This document shows, piece by piece, positions 54,444-64,000 of a stretch of 64,000 bases of DNA. Location: IMG/VR virus record IMGVR_UViG_3300044638_007100; one strand, written 5' to 3'. The DNA is from a virus. Position 1 is the stretch's first letter, and each line of letters starts with the position of its first letter. The position numbers were made by a program, and so were the translations under genes. A model generated the notes under the pieces. It searched no databases. It worked only from the letters and a program-made list of their open reading frames with translations, and was not told where the DNA came from.

Positions 54444-55822
54444 TAAAATTTAAATCCCTCAAATGATTTTTTTAGTTTCTTTTCTTCACTATCATTATAC
54501 TCCTCTTCTTGTCCAGTGTCAACTATGTCTTTTTGTGCAGATTGTTCGCAGTCATAGAGACGCATTTTAGCACGATCAATACCAACAACAAAACGCTTGT
54601 AAATGGTTGGATCATTATATCGGTTCTTAAGTTGTTTCACCATAATTTGCCCCAAACCTTCTAGATCTTCGGTACTAATAAGGGCAAACATAAGATCAGC
54701 AGTAGCAGGAAGACCAAAGGATTCAGAAGTATCAGTAAGTTCAACATCAGAGTTACCAAAACCACTACGAGTGGTCTGAGTAGCGGAGACAATTGGGACA
54801 TTAAACTCAACGGCGAGTCCTCTAAGTTCTTCCGCAATTGATTTGATATATGAATAAGAATTGATAGAACTGTTTGCCTTGTGCCTAGAGGAAGCACAAA
54901 TATTAAGGTAATCAATAAAAATAATATCAGGTCGGAATGACTTCTTAAGTGCAAGTTCATTAAGTAATGCCTTAAAGTGTCCACTATGAGCAGAAGCAGT
55001 AGGATATTCTTTGATGATCAAAGTTCCTTGAGTTTTCTTTGCAAGATTTGTAACCTTAGTTTCAAAAGTAGAACGAGGAAGATCTGATAACTCCTGAATA
55101 TTTACATTCAGAAGGTTTGCATCAATTCGTTCAGCAATTTTCTCTTCTGCCATTTCAAGCGTAATGTACAGAACATTCCGTCCTTGGAGCAAGACGGAGC
55201 TAGCCACATGGCACATGAATAGAGATTTCCCGACACCCGTACCAGCAAGTGCGATATTGAGAGTTTTGTTAGGGAGACCACCTTTTGTGATTTTGTTAAA
55301 GTATTCAAGATCAAATTCAATTTTATCCTCCTTTCTGTGATAGTACTCATATCGCTCTTCATAGTTATTTAAGTAATCGTGTCCAATATTATTGTCAAAA
55401 CTGACAGCAAGAGCATCAGAAAGAATACTGGGAATAGCATCACGATTCTTTTTTTCATTATTTCCATCAGCAATGTGAATGGATTCCATAAGTGCCAGAT
55501 AAATGGCACGATCACGACACCACTTCTCAGTAGTATCTATCAACCAAGTCTTATCGACAGGAGCATCATTTAAACTCTTGTTGATCTCCCTGATCTCTTT
55601 GATTTGATCTTCTGTTAAATCAGTTCGGTTCTCGACTTCGATTCCGAGTGCTTCGATTGTGATTGCCGAACCATATTTAACAATAAACTGGACAATTTCC
55701 TCAAAAATGACCTTTTCGGATTTTTGCTCAAAATAATCTGGTTGTATGAAAGGTATGACCTTACGCGAGTAATCTTCATTAAATACTAGGTTTCTGAGAA
55801 TAGTTGTTTCAATTTTTTCCAT
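54443..55822 (-). CDS. gp41: Replicative helicase (T4 gp41)
   Basis: AGTGVGKS; ITLEMAEE; FIDYLN; SATQTTR; KNRY. Confidence 0.96.
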   Translation of the reverse strand: MEKIETTILRNLVFNEDYSRKVIPFIQPDYFEQKSEKVIFEEIVQFIVKYGSAITIEALGIEVENRTDLTEDQIKEIREINKSLNDAPVDKTWLIDTTEKWCRDRAIYLALMESIHIADGNNEKKNRDAIPSILSDALAVSFDNNIGHDYLNNYEERYEYYHRKEDKIEFDLEYFNKITKGGLPNKTLNIALAGTGVGKSLFMCHVASSVLLQGRNVLYITLEMAEEKIAERIDANLLNVNIQELSDLPRSTFETKVTNLAKKTQGTLIIKEYPTASAHSGHFKALLNELALKKSFRPDIIFIDYLNICASSRHKANSSINSYSYIKSIAEELRGLAVEFNVPIVSATQTTRSGFGNSDVELTDTSESFGLPATADLMFALISTEDLEGLGQIMVKQLKNRYNDPTIYKRFVVGIDRAKMRLYDCEQSAQKDIVDTGQEEEYNDSEEKKLKKSFEGFKF

Positions 55823-56409
55823 TACTTATAATGTAAATAGGCACTCATAATATACTTTGGATTTCCGATAGGAGGATTACCTTTATGAGGAAACATCCAA
55901 AGTGGTGGAAACATCACTAATGTTCCTTTTTTTGGTTGAATTACTAAATCCTTGAAGACAGTTTCTCCACCAGAATCAACATCATTTAAATACCACATAA
56001 AAGATAAAAATCTTCTTGATGATGAATATTCAATAACATCTACATGAGTATCGAAACGATCTTCTCCCCCAGGATTGTACTTCTTTATTCTAAATTGTTC
56101 AAGTGCATGTTCTTCTGGAAAAACTCTTGAATCAGTAAATTCATAATACTTATCACGATATTCAAATATTTTTCGAATGATGTGATTATGAACTTGATTG
56201 ACTTCTGAGGTTATATCTCTGTTTTCAGTTAGATTAAATTGAGTAAAATTTGGTTTCCCTTCATTATTATAACGTTCATGCTTATCTGGAACTTGATCAA
56301 AAAGAGAAATCAAAAAATCACAAATATTTGCTTCTAAAGCATTTTCATACACATGAATAAAATCATTCAGTTCATCCATAAGAGAATTGTTGTTTTGCGA
56401 TGGCGTCAA
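55822..56409 (-). CDS. 2OG-Fe(II) oxygenase
   Basis: HVD; YLNDV..GGET; FPP; HKG. Confidence 0.88.
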   Translation of the reverse strand: MTPSQNNNSLMDELNDFIHVYENALEANICDFLISLFDQVPDKHERYNNEGKPNFTQFNLTENRDITSEVNQVHNHIIRKIFEYRDKYYEFTDSRVFPEEHALEQFRIKKYNPGGEDRFDTHVDVIEYSSSRRFLSFMWYLNDVDSGGETVFKDLVIQPKKGTLVMFPPLWMFPHKGNPPIGNPKYIMSAYLHYK

Positions 56410-57373
56410 GTTTGTTCATAATTTCTTCAGTGAAATATTCCTCTGGATTAGCAAGGATCTGTTTGGCATAAATCTTCTTACCATTCATCTCATAACGACC
56501 CGCTACATTCTTCCAGAGTCCACCAATCTCACCAAGTTCTAGAAGACCATAATAACGATCAAGACCTCGCTCATCATAATACAGACGGACTTCAACATCT
56601 TGATTCTCCTTACTCAAACGTGATTTATGAGTCTTTGCCTTAATAATGTTTCCGATGACTTCTGTTCCGTCTTTCTCCTTTTTCTTGCTGAGATAGATGA
56701 TAGTAGAAGCGGCATACTTAAGACCACTACCACCACCCATTTCTTTTGTGGGAACATAAGCGCCGATAACATCATAGGTGTGATTAGTAACGATCATAGG
56801 AATATTTGCCTTACCCAACTTCAGAGTAAGCATACGAAATGCCCCCTTAATTAGTTGAGATTTGGTCATGTCACGAACTTCCTTATCATTCAGAGCATCA
56901 TTAATCTCTTTACTGGTTGAAAGCATTCCCAGAGAGTCTAGCACGAACATACAAGGATTACGTTCCCCTTCTGGTTTCTTCATATACATATCAACTGCCT
57001 TGAGTGCCTTACCACGAAACTCTTCTACAGTTACAACATTAACCACGACAAGGCGTGATGTGTCGATGCCGCGACTCTCCAAGAGTGATTTTGTAATGGC
57101 AGCTTCAGTATCAAAGTAGAGACAATAACCATCGGGATTATTATTGAGAAAATTCTTAACCACGGCGAGGCTGAAGAAAGTCTTTCCAGTAGAAGACTCT
57201 CCAGCAATAGCAGTAATCTTATTGCCAGATACACCACCAAAAATACTACCTGAAACCAGTGCGTTAAAAATGTACGAACCCGTGTCAACATAAGTCTCTG
57301 TCTCATCAATATCAGATGCTAATTTTGTATAATCATCACCGATTTCTTTTACAATATCTTTTAAAAAATCCAT
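56372..57373 (-). CDS. uvsX: RecA-like recombinase
   Basis: AGESSTGKT; YFDTE; VLDSLG; VTNH. Confidence 0.95.
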   Translation of the reverse strand: MDFLKDIVKEIGDDYTKLASDIDETETYVDTGSYIFNALVSGSIFGGVSGNKITAIAGESSTGKTFFSLAVVKNFLNNNPDGYCLYFDTEAAITKSLLESRGIDTSRLVVVNVVTVEEFRGKALKAVDMYMKKPEGERNPCMFVLDSLGMLSTSKEINDALNDKEVRDMTKSQLIKGAFRMLTLKLGKANIPMIVTNHTYDVIGAYVPTKEMGGGSGLKYAASTIIYLSKKKEKDGTEVIGNIIKAKTHKSRLSKENQDVEVRLYYDERGLDRYYGLLELGEIGGLWKNVAGRYEMNGKKIYAKQILANPEEYFTEEIMNKLDAIAKQQFSYG

Positions 57374-59874
57374 TAGAAGAAAAATAAATCAAGGTTTACA
57401 GTTTTTTCCACATTCCACCCAATTGCATCGAGAATAGATTTGAGAGGGTCAATAAAACTCTTCTCAAATTGTAATTCATAGTCGATGTATTTGTCAAGAC
57501 CAAGTTCCTTAGGAAAAACTTGAATGAAAGAGATCACATTTTCCTGAATGATATTTGGTTTCTTAAGAAAAATATATTTAACCTTTTCACCATTATTAAT
57601 CAGCGAATATTTATTAGTAAGTTTTTTCTGCTTGATATAATGATTGAAAAGAAGTGCTCCACGAACCTGAATTGGAGTTTTGGGTGCATAGATGTTTGAT
57701 GATGAATAATATTTACGAATATCAGAAGCAGTTCTGGGAAAAGCAATCTGTTCTGGTGGAAGTTTCCTAAACTCATCACGACATTTATCAATGAACTGAA
57801 TCACATCATCCTCAGTTCCACTCATCAGAATCTTAAAGGAATCTTTCAGCATCTTACGACAAGGCGCTGGAGTAGAAGACTTAATTGCCTCAATACCCTT
57901 GATTTTCAATTTAGGTTCCTCATAACGAACACCTTCACTATCCCACACGCTCAGAATGTATCGTTTCTTCGCAGTCCAAATACCACGTTCAGCAATACAT
58001 TCACGCTTCATGATCATCTTTTGATCATAGGCATTTACATAGTCTGCCAATTTTTGGTAAGAACTTTCAATATATTTTTCAAATTCCACTTGACAGACCT
58101 TATCAAGGAACGACACAACGTTTTGAGTAATTTTCTCTCTTCCCTTGAATACAGTTTCAACCAAAGGGCCCATATGGACATAAAGAGAATCGGTATCAGA
58201 AGCAATAACATAATCAACATCATCGGTTTTAAGAACTTTGTTTAAATACCTATTCATAGAATTCATAATCCACTGAATAGAAACCTGCCCAGACAGAGTG
58301 ATTGCCTCTGCATTTGCTAGTTTAAAATATCGGAAATATTGATTGCCGATAGCACCATAAGCAGAGTTAAGTTGAATCTTCCTTGCCATCTGAATATTAT
58401 TGCAACGGGAGATTTCTTTTAGAAGTTGTTTGTTCTTTGTCTTCTCATATTCCTGCTCCGCAGCAAGCATCTTCTTTTTGAAGATCACACGTTCATTATA
58501 GATCTTTTCCATCAATTCTGGAAGAAATCCACGCACATCTTTACGATACATCGCTCCGTTCGCACAAACGGCATAATCCTTATAGAGTTCAAAATTCAAT
58601 TGCTCATTCAGAATCTTATCAACATTTACGGACGGATGTTTCTCTTCCAGAAGAGTTTCTGGCGAGATGTTGTATTGCATAATGAGATGAGGGTATAGGG
58701 AGTTGAGGTCAAAAGACACAACCCAGTCATACTTTCCAGGAATAGGTTCTTTAACATACGCACCAGCATACTTTGAATCCTTATCAGAACGTTCTTTAGG
58801 AGGAATCGCAATATTCCTCTTCTTCAGGTAGTTATAAATGATTGTATCCCACATCCGAACCTGAGAGAACACATCAGCATAGTTCGCCTTTGCGTCATAT
58901 GCCATCGTGATCGCAAGTTCAATCAGTTTCATCTTGTCTTCCAAACGGTCAACAAGTTCTACGTCAACGATGTTATACTCTACGAACTTCTGCCAACCCT
59001 TTGTATAGAAATCCTTGAAGGTTTCATACTCAGAGTGATCCAGTTTCTTCTGTCCCAGTTCTACTTCGGCAATATAATCCAGTCGATAAGATTCCTGTGC
59101 CTTATAGGTGAATTTCTTATAAAGATTCAGGTAATCGAGTTGAGTAATTCCACCGACATCGTAAGCAATGTGCTTACGCCCAGAGATGTAAACCTCAGAT
59201 TCAGTAACAAGACCCCAAGGAGACATACGCTTCATCAGTTTCTCACCGAGAACACGATCCAAACGGCGAACAAGATATGGAATATCATACAGTTCAATAT
59301 TCCAACCAGTCACAACCTCAGGAGCATTTTCCTCAACCATCCACCAGTTAATAAAGTCCATCAGAAGATCCCGTTCATTCGTGAAGGATCTATAAATGAC
59401 GTTCTTCTGTTTGTTCTGAAAGGGACCAGATCCCCAAGTGCGAATTTGCTTGGAAGAATAGTCCTGAATAGTAATCAACAGAACTTCTTCGGCAGCAGAC
59501 TCTACATCTGGGAATCCGTTTTCGGAAGCAACCTCAATATCCAAAGTAGAAACCTTGATTTTACTGATATCAAATTTGACTTCCTCTTCAGGATACATTT
59601 CAGAAATGTATTGATAAATGTATCCTGTATTTCCATGAATTTTAAAGTTTTCTACGTTCTCATACTTCTTAATAAACTCACGACAGTCACGAACACATCC
59701 AGGTTGAACTGCTTCAACATACTCGCCATTTAGAGTTTGATATTTAGTTTTTTTATTAGAAGGGACAAAAAGAGTCGGGTTAAACTTCTCACGAGTCATG
59801 AAATGTTTTCCATTTTCATAACCACGAACCAAGAAGTGATCCCCGACCATTTGAACGTTTGTGTAAAATCTCAT
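57373..59874 (-). CDS. gp43: Family B DNA polymerase (T4 gp43)
   Basis: DIE; GWN; FDLNSLYP; KIQLNSAYG; SDTDS; no intein. Confidence 0.97.
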   Translation of the reverse strand: MRFYTNVQMVGDHFLVRGYENGKHFMTREKFNPTLFVPSNKKTKYQTLNGEYVEAVQPGCVRDCREFIKKYENVENFKIHGNTGYIYQYISEMYPEEEVKFDISKIKVSTLDIEVASENGFPDVESAAEEVLLITIQDYSSKQIRTWGSGPFQNKQKNVIYRSFTNERDLLMDFINWWMVEENAPEVVTGWNIELYDIPYLVRRLDRVLGEKLMKRMSPWGLVTESEVYISGRKHIAYDVGGITQLDYLNLYKKFTYKAQESYRLDYIAEVELGQKKLDHSEYETFKDFYTKGWQKFVEYNIVDVELVDRLEDKMKLIELAITMAYDAKANYADVFSQVRMWDTIIYNYLKKRNIAIPPKERSDKDSKYAGAYVKEPIPGKYDWVVSFDLNSLYPHLIMQYNISPETLLEEKHPSVNVDKILNEQLNFELYKDYAVCANGAMYRKDVRGFLPELMEKIYNERVIFKKKMLAAEQEYEKTKNKQLLKEISRCNNIQMARKIQLNSAYGAIGNQYFRYFKLANAEAITLSGQVSIQWIMNSMNRYLNKVLKTDDVDYVIASDTDSLYVHMGPLVETVFKGREKITQNVVSFLDKVCQVEFEKYIESSYQKLADYVNAYDQKMIMKRECIAERGIWTAKKRYILSVWDSEGVRYEEPKLKIKGIEAIKSSTPAPCRKMLKDSFKILMSGTEDDVIQFIDKCRDEFRKLPPEQIAFPRTASDIRKYYSSSNIYAPKTPIQVRGALLFNHYIKQKKLTNKYSLINNGEKVKYIFLKKPNIIQENVISFIQVFPKELGLDKYIDYELQFEKSFIDPLKSILDAIGWNVEKTVNLDLFFF

Positions 59875-60128
59875 CAGGCAGTTAATTCAAGATACTTTTC
59901 AATAATTTCTGGTTTTGGATCTACAATAGTAAGAATACTATCCGAATGAATCATCATTTCTCTTTGCTCTGTAATATCAGGCCAAGGAGTTAGATTACCT
60001 TGAATATCGATTTTATAAGGATTAATGAGTTTACAATCTGGTTCTCCAAGTTCGGAACCAATTTCAATAATCTCAGTAACAATTACGTTATCAACTTTCA
60101 GTAAAAGACACTTGATCGATTTGTCCAT
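59874..60128 (-). CDS. Small hypothetical protein
   Basis: 84 aa, similar layout to the neighbour at 60091. Confidence 0.65.
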   Translation of the reverse strand: MDKSIKCLLLKVDNVIVTEIIEIGSELGEPDCKLINPYKIDIQGNLTPWPDITEQREMMIHSDSILTIVDPKPEIIEKYLELTA

Positions 60129-60423
60129 TTAATTTTTCCTCATACATTTCTTTGATGGTTTGAATAGGTTCCACAATTGTAACAATCCAATCAGGTGGAA
60201 CTGGTATTTGATTATCACTTGTTAAAATAATCCAAGGAGATAAGGAAACTTCTAAATCCGCTTTTGAATTCTCATTTTCCTCAACTAAAAGAAAACTCTT
60301 TCTAGTTTCAATCTTATGTGGATGATTGAATAAGAATCCACAAACTTTTTCTTCAGAAATTAGTTCTTTGATATCGGAAATAATTGTTTCTCCAGATTTT
60401 AATAACGCTAATTTAATTGACAT
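60091..60423 (-). CDS. Hypothetical protein
   Basis: LALLKSGETIISD..LSPWI..WIVTIVEP; TTGACG-17-TATAAT promoter upstream. Confidence 0.7.
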   Translation of the reverse strand: MSIKLALLKSGETIISDIKELISEEKVCGFLFNHPHKIETRKSFLLVEENENSKADLEVSLSPWIILTSDNQIPVPPDWIVTIVEPIQTIKEMYEEKLNGQIDQVSFTES

Positions 60424-60521
60424 GTCTCAAATCATTCCTCATTCCATTATAGCAAAAAAAGAGGGAGGCGTCAACTGGTTTTTACCAGTTGCCCCCCAGC
60501 GCCGACAATAGTCAATTATAT

Positions 60522-60962
60522 TTAGAGATAGTCTTTCCTCTTATGATGTTCTGGAATAATTCTACCAAGAGTAACCACCAAAAGACCATTCTCAAAATCA
60601 ACTGACTTAACTTCAGTGTCATCAGAAAGTGTCCATGCTCGTTTAAAGGATCTTTGCGCTAATCCCTTATGAACATAATTGGTTTCTGTTTCTTTGTCTT
60701 CTTTCTGCCCCTCCACAAAAAGTTTTCCGTCTTGAGTGTAGACAAAGACTTCTTTTTTCTTAAATCCAGCAAGTGCAAGTTCTAATCTTGATTCCACATT
60801 ACTTACTTGTACAAGATTATAAGGTGGGTAATTAGATGTAGTTTCGTGAAGATTAAATAGACGATCAAAATACTCATCCATTCCAATGCTATGACGAGTA
60901 ATCCTGTCCATCAAAGCAGGCAAATCCGCAGATGTAAACCGCGAGGTTGCAAGGTTAGTCAT
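60522..60962 (-). CDS. hsp20: Small heat-shock protein
   Basis: NYPPYNL; LALAGF; HKGLAQRSF; FENGLL. Confidence 0.95.
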   Translation of the reverse strand: MTNLATSRFTSADLPALMDRITRHSIGMDEYFDRLFNLHETTSNYPPYNLVQVSNVESRLELALAGFKKKEVFVYTQDGKLFVEGQKEDKETETNYVHKGLAQRSFKRAWTLSDDTEVKSVDFENGLLVVTLGRIIPEHHKRKDYL

Positions 60963-61070
60963 TATAGTAGCTCCTTTTTAAGCGAGTTTGTGTTTTGTGG
61001 ATCCTTTTTGGCATCCAGTACTAATTATACAACAAATACAAAAAAAGGGAGTGTTGAACTCCCTAATAAA

Positions 61071-61511
61071 TCATTCGGTTTCTTCACCTCTTTTTTTCTT
61101 GGAACCAATATTATATTTGGTTTCCAAAATCCAATCTCCTTTATCCTTATAGGCAAGGACTTTAATTTGATTTAGTGGTGCAATATCTTGAATTTTTTTA
61201 ACATCAATAATTGTAATTAATCCCCAATCTGCAAGAAGTTGGGCAATACGATTACGACGTTGAACATCATTTACAGTCAGATTGGCATGTTTACCATCCA
61301 ATGCAAAAAGTTCCTTAAAATGTACAAGATAATATCTACCCTGCTTGTGCAGAATATGACAAGACTGATAGATTTTCTTTTCCTTTCTTGAAGCAACTCC
61401 AATACGGGTCAAAGTCTCACGAACCTTTAAAAAGTCATCAGGTTCATTAAGAATCACTTCCACCATTTGATCGGGCGTCCACTTTACTTCAGGTTCTTGA
61501 ACGACACTCAT
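61071..61511 (-). CDS. regA: Translational repressor RegA
   Basis: FLKVRETLTRIG; QSCHILHKQGRYYLVHFKELF. Confidence 0.96.
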   Translation of the reverse strand: MSVVQEPEVKWTPDQMVEVILNEPDDFLKVRETLTRIGVASRKEKKIYQSCHILHKQGRYYLVHFKELFALDGKHANLTVNDVQRRNRIAQLLADWGLITIIDVKKIQDIAPLNQIKVLAYKDKGDWILETKYNIGSKKKRGEETE

Positions 61512-61888
61512 TTTGTTCCTCCAGTTTCAAATTTTGATTTTATAAAAGTAAGTTGTTCTTTTGTAAGAATCCTCAAAGCCTGTTTTGCCTTTTCATTACT
61601 ATAACCATAGTAACGTTTAACATAATCAAGATCTTTGATTGTATCTTTACGGAGCCAGGGAGAAAATCTCTTCTTTTTCCTCAGACTATTTATAAAAAAG
61701 TCATATTGCATTTTCTTTGAAAGGAATGAGTACATATTCATTTCATTCGCAAACATAATAGAATCAATATGACCAGAAAAACAACGATTAATAATATACG
61801 GATTGTATTCTTTTTCTAAAGATGGATCCTCATCAATTAGATTTTTTTTCGTTTGATTGATTGAATTTAACCAGTCTTTTAATTCCAT
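61508..61888 (-). CDS. gp62: Clamp loader small subunit (gp62)
   Basis: MELKDWLNSIN; YNPYIINR; start re-assigned to the internal Met. Confidence 0.9.
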   Translation of the reverse strand: MELKDWLNSINQTKKNLIDEDPSLEKEYNPYIINRCFSGHIDSIMFANEMNMYSFLSKKMQYDFFINSLRKKKRFSPWLRKDTIKDLDYVKRYYGYSNEKAKQALRILTKEQLTFIKSKFETGGTK

Positions 61889-61889
61889 A

Positions 61890-62948
61890 TTATCTAATAA
61901 TTTCCAAGTTTGAATGTGCTGTCCACAACTCAAGTTCTGTTCTTAATTTATGTTCTGACTTGAGTTTTTCATACCTTTTAGATGCTTTTCTTTTCCACCA
62001 TTCGATGACTTCTTGTGGTTCGTATCCAAACTTAGAGATATAATACCTTTTCTTTTCAGTGAGTGATTTTGCATGTTCGATGCAAGATTTAAACTCAAGT
62101 AGTTTTGAGGCATCACAAAGAGACTTTGTGATGATTGAAATCATCTTGGTTTGAATTTTTAATTTCTTAGATGATTTATCTGCAGAAATTAATCGTTCTC
62201 CACCGTTTGCATTATTATTGAACCACCAAAACATATCTCTAAAATAATCATCATGAAATAATGGAAGAAAATTACTTTCAGTATCTCCTATGTGTCGAAT
62301 ATAAGGTTTAAGACCATCATACATGGATACTCCTTTTGTTGTACCGTATAATGAAGTTGTTTCAAAGTATTGAAGATCAGTTCCATACTTTGCATTAAAT
62401 TGTCGTTTGAGTTCATTAGATGATGCTAGTAGTGCAAGAAGTTTTCCACCAAGATAATTATATCCAAAAGGTTGTACTGGGACAATATTAAATCCCATTA
62501 CAAACTCATGATTAATTTTTGATAATGATAATACTTCACCAAAATAATCATTTCTTGGTTTCGAATTAATAGTTGGTGATCCAAATCTAACTACACCAAC
62601 AATTTTTTTAGTTGTATCTTCAGTTACAATCCATTTAATTGTTCTTCCAGGAATTGCTTCCTCAATTGGATTTGATGCAGTCATGTTCAAAATTTCAGAA
62701 TATAATTCTTGATTATATTTTGTTTTTGGTTTTGAACTAGTATCAACTTCATGAATTGAAAAAGACATGTCATTGGGATGAATACTAAAATTTGAAAAAA
62801 TCTCATCCTCAGGCCCAAATAATTTTCCAGAAGAATTAGAGATTCTACTTTGTTTTACAAATCTTAGATAATCATCAATTCTATTGAATTTTGAATAATA
62901 CTCAATAAATTGATCTGCCGCCCAAATGGCATTTTCTGGAGATAGCAT
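61890..62948 (-). CDS. DUF4338/DruA-like protein
   Basis: PGRTIKW; FGSP; VPVQPFGYNYLGGKLLA; ETTSLYG; IGDT. Confidence 0.6.
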   Translation of the reverse strand: MLSPENAIWAADQFIEYYSKFNRIDDYLRFVKQSRISNSSGKLFGPEDEIFSNFSIHPNDMSFSIHEVDTSSKPKTKYNQELYSEILNMTASNPIEEAIPGRTIKWIVTEDTTKKIVGVVRFGSPTINSKPRNDYFGEVLSLSKINHEFVMGFNIVPVQPFGYNYLGGKLLALLASSNELKRQFNAKYGTDLQYFETTSLYGTTKGVSMYDGLKPYIRHIGDTESNFLPLFHDDYFRDMFWWFNNNANGGERLISADKSSKKLKIQTKMISIITKSLCDASKLLEFKSCIEHAKSLTEKKRYYISKFGYEPQEVIEWWKRKASKRYEKLKSEHKLRTELELWTAHSNLEIIR

Positions 62949-62950
62949 AA

Positions 62951-63532
62951 TTAAACCAAAAACCTTTTTTCATATTCTAACAGGTCTTTTGGTGTTTCAA
63001 TAACATTTGTATCTAAAGAAACTGCTTCGCTCCAACGACCATGCTTTTGGGGACGAAACCAAAGATTAATTCCCAAATAATTATATTTTTTATTTGTAGG
63101 AACATGAATTAAATAATCTTGTCCATTATTTTCTGTGAGCGCCGAAAGAGCAATGTTTTCTTGTTGAGTTACCATAACCGTTTTACAAGATTCCCAAAAA
63201 ATCTCTTCAAAAACAGAATATTTAGAAAGATATTTATCTGGATTATCCATAATCATTCTTCCAATAAATTGGGGAGAAAGACAGTGATCATAAACAACCT
63301 TTTTACGATTAATTTTATTCTTTAATGCTTCTTCACTTACAAAACCTGTAAAATTAGAAAGACCACAATCAAAAACATTAATATAATAAATTCTAGTAAT
63401 TGGACGGTAAAATTCTACTTTACCCCAATATTCAAGATTTGCCTTCAAGGAATTGAATGAAGTTTTGCAATATGCCTTCCAGTCTTTTTTAATTTTTTTC
63501 ATAATCAGGTTTATTATACTTAAGGTATTCAA
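62951..63532 (-). CDS. Hypothetical protein (possible His-Me nuclease-like)
   Basis: VVYDHCLSPQ...TQQEN. Confidence 0.5.
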   Translation of the reverse strand: MNTLSIINLIMKKIKKDWKAYCKTSFNSLKANLEYWGKVEFYRPITRIYYINVFDCGLSNFTGFVSEEALKNKINRKKVVYDHCLSPQFIGRMIMDNPDKYLSKYSVFEEIFWESCKTVMVTQQENIALSALTENNGQDYLIHVPTNKKYNYLGINLWFRPQKHGRWSEAVSLDTNVIETPKDLLEYEKRFLV

Positions 63533-63698
63533 AAAAAGTAAGTTTCATTTCTTTCTGCGTCATGCCACAATGTTTAGCAGCAGCAGGAAGAGTCATTTTA
63601 GCACGAAAGAGACCTTCGTTTGCTTCTTTAACATTTTCGGGAGTCGTTTTAACTGGATTCTCCTTTAAGGATTTATAATCAATTTTATAGGGATTCAT
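63489..63698 (-). CDS. Small HTH-like protein
   Basis: MTLPAAAKHCGMTQKEM. Confidence 0.6.
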   Translation of the reverse strand: MNPYKIDYKSLKENPVKTTPENVKEANEGLFRAKMTLPAAAKHCGMTQKEMKLTFFEYLKYNKPDYEKN

Positions 63699-64000
63699 TG
63701 GAACTCACACTCACACATTATTTCAGTTAATGCTGCCAAAAGATTTATCTCCTGATCAACACAAAAAGCTGACTGATACTGATACTTAGCAATAATGAGA
63801 ACAGCAGCAGGAATAGATTGGGCAAGTAAATAATCATAAGAAGCGTCATAAATCCTACGAAGTAAGACCGGAGCATCGTTATCAAGGTTGGAAACCACCC
63901 ACTTACGGACTTCTGTGAAATTCTTTTCTTTGAGATTCTTGATGAGTTCATTTACTGAAACGTCTGAGAAAGATGCAAGAATTCCAGTGTCAATTTTCCC
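63695..64000 (-). CDS. gp44: Clamp loader large subunit (gp44), C-terminal part
   Basis: FTEVRKWV..LDND..YQYQSAFCVDQEINLLAALTEIM; frame open to the window end. Confidence 0.92.
   Translation of the reverse strand, partial: GKIDTGILASFSDVSVNELIKNLKEKNFTEVRKWVVSNLDNDAPVLLRRIYDASYDYLLAQSIPAAVLIIAKYQYQSAFCVDQEINLLAALTEIMCECEFQ

Noticed and set aside
44196-59874. Introns or inteins in nrdA, nrdB, gp41, uvsX, gp43
   Set aside because: All are continuous ORFs of ordinary length without intein motifs.

Overview
This is a 64-kb segment of a T4-like cyanomyovirus genome, almost entirely coded on the minus strand. The large tRNA set and the psbA with no adjacent psbD resemble freshwater Synechococcus/Cyanobium phages (inference). 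In coordinate order it holds: tail-fibre and virion genes; psbA split by an ORF-less group I intron, with a free-standing GIY-YIG-like endonuclease downstream; two hli genes; a 12-gene glycan synthesis/methylation cluster behind a wcaG-like RNA; dps; a cyanobacterial porin; an array of 28 canonical tRNAs covering all 20 amino acids; lysis genes; nrdB/nrdA; primase; mazG; gp41; uvsX; gp43; hsp20; regA; gp62; and part of gp44. Four less ordinary signals stand out. (1) A DUF2828 (TROVE/Ro60-like) gene sits in the tRNA array among 8 copies of a stem-plus-CAGCAA RNA motif. The motif occurs as free hairpins, as permuted inserts in the anticodon stems of two otherwise intact tRNAs, and as the closing stem of a tRNA mimic, suggesting a Y-RNA-like system. 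(2) A 37-codon leader peptide using 31 different codons, with terminator/antiterminator alternatives, lies upstream of the tRNA array. (3) A textbook -1 frameshift signal (A AAA AAG plus a downstream hairpin) would fuse a C39-like peptidase to a start-less lysozyme. (4) There is a tRNA-like element with two T-arms. All family assignments come from motif recognition by eye; no database searches were run.
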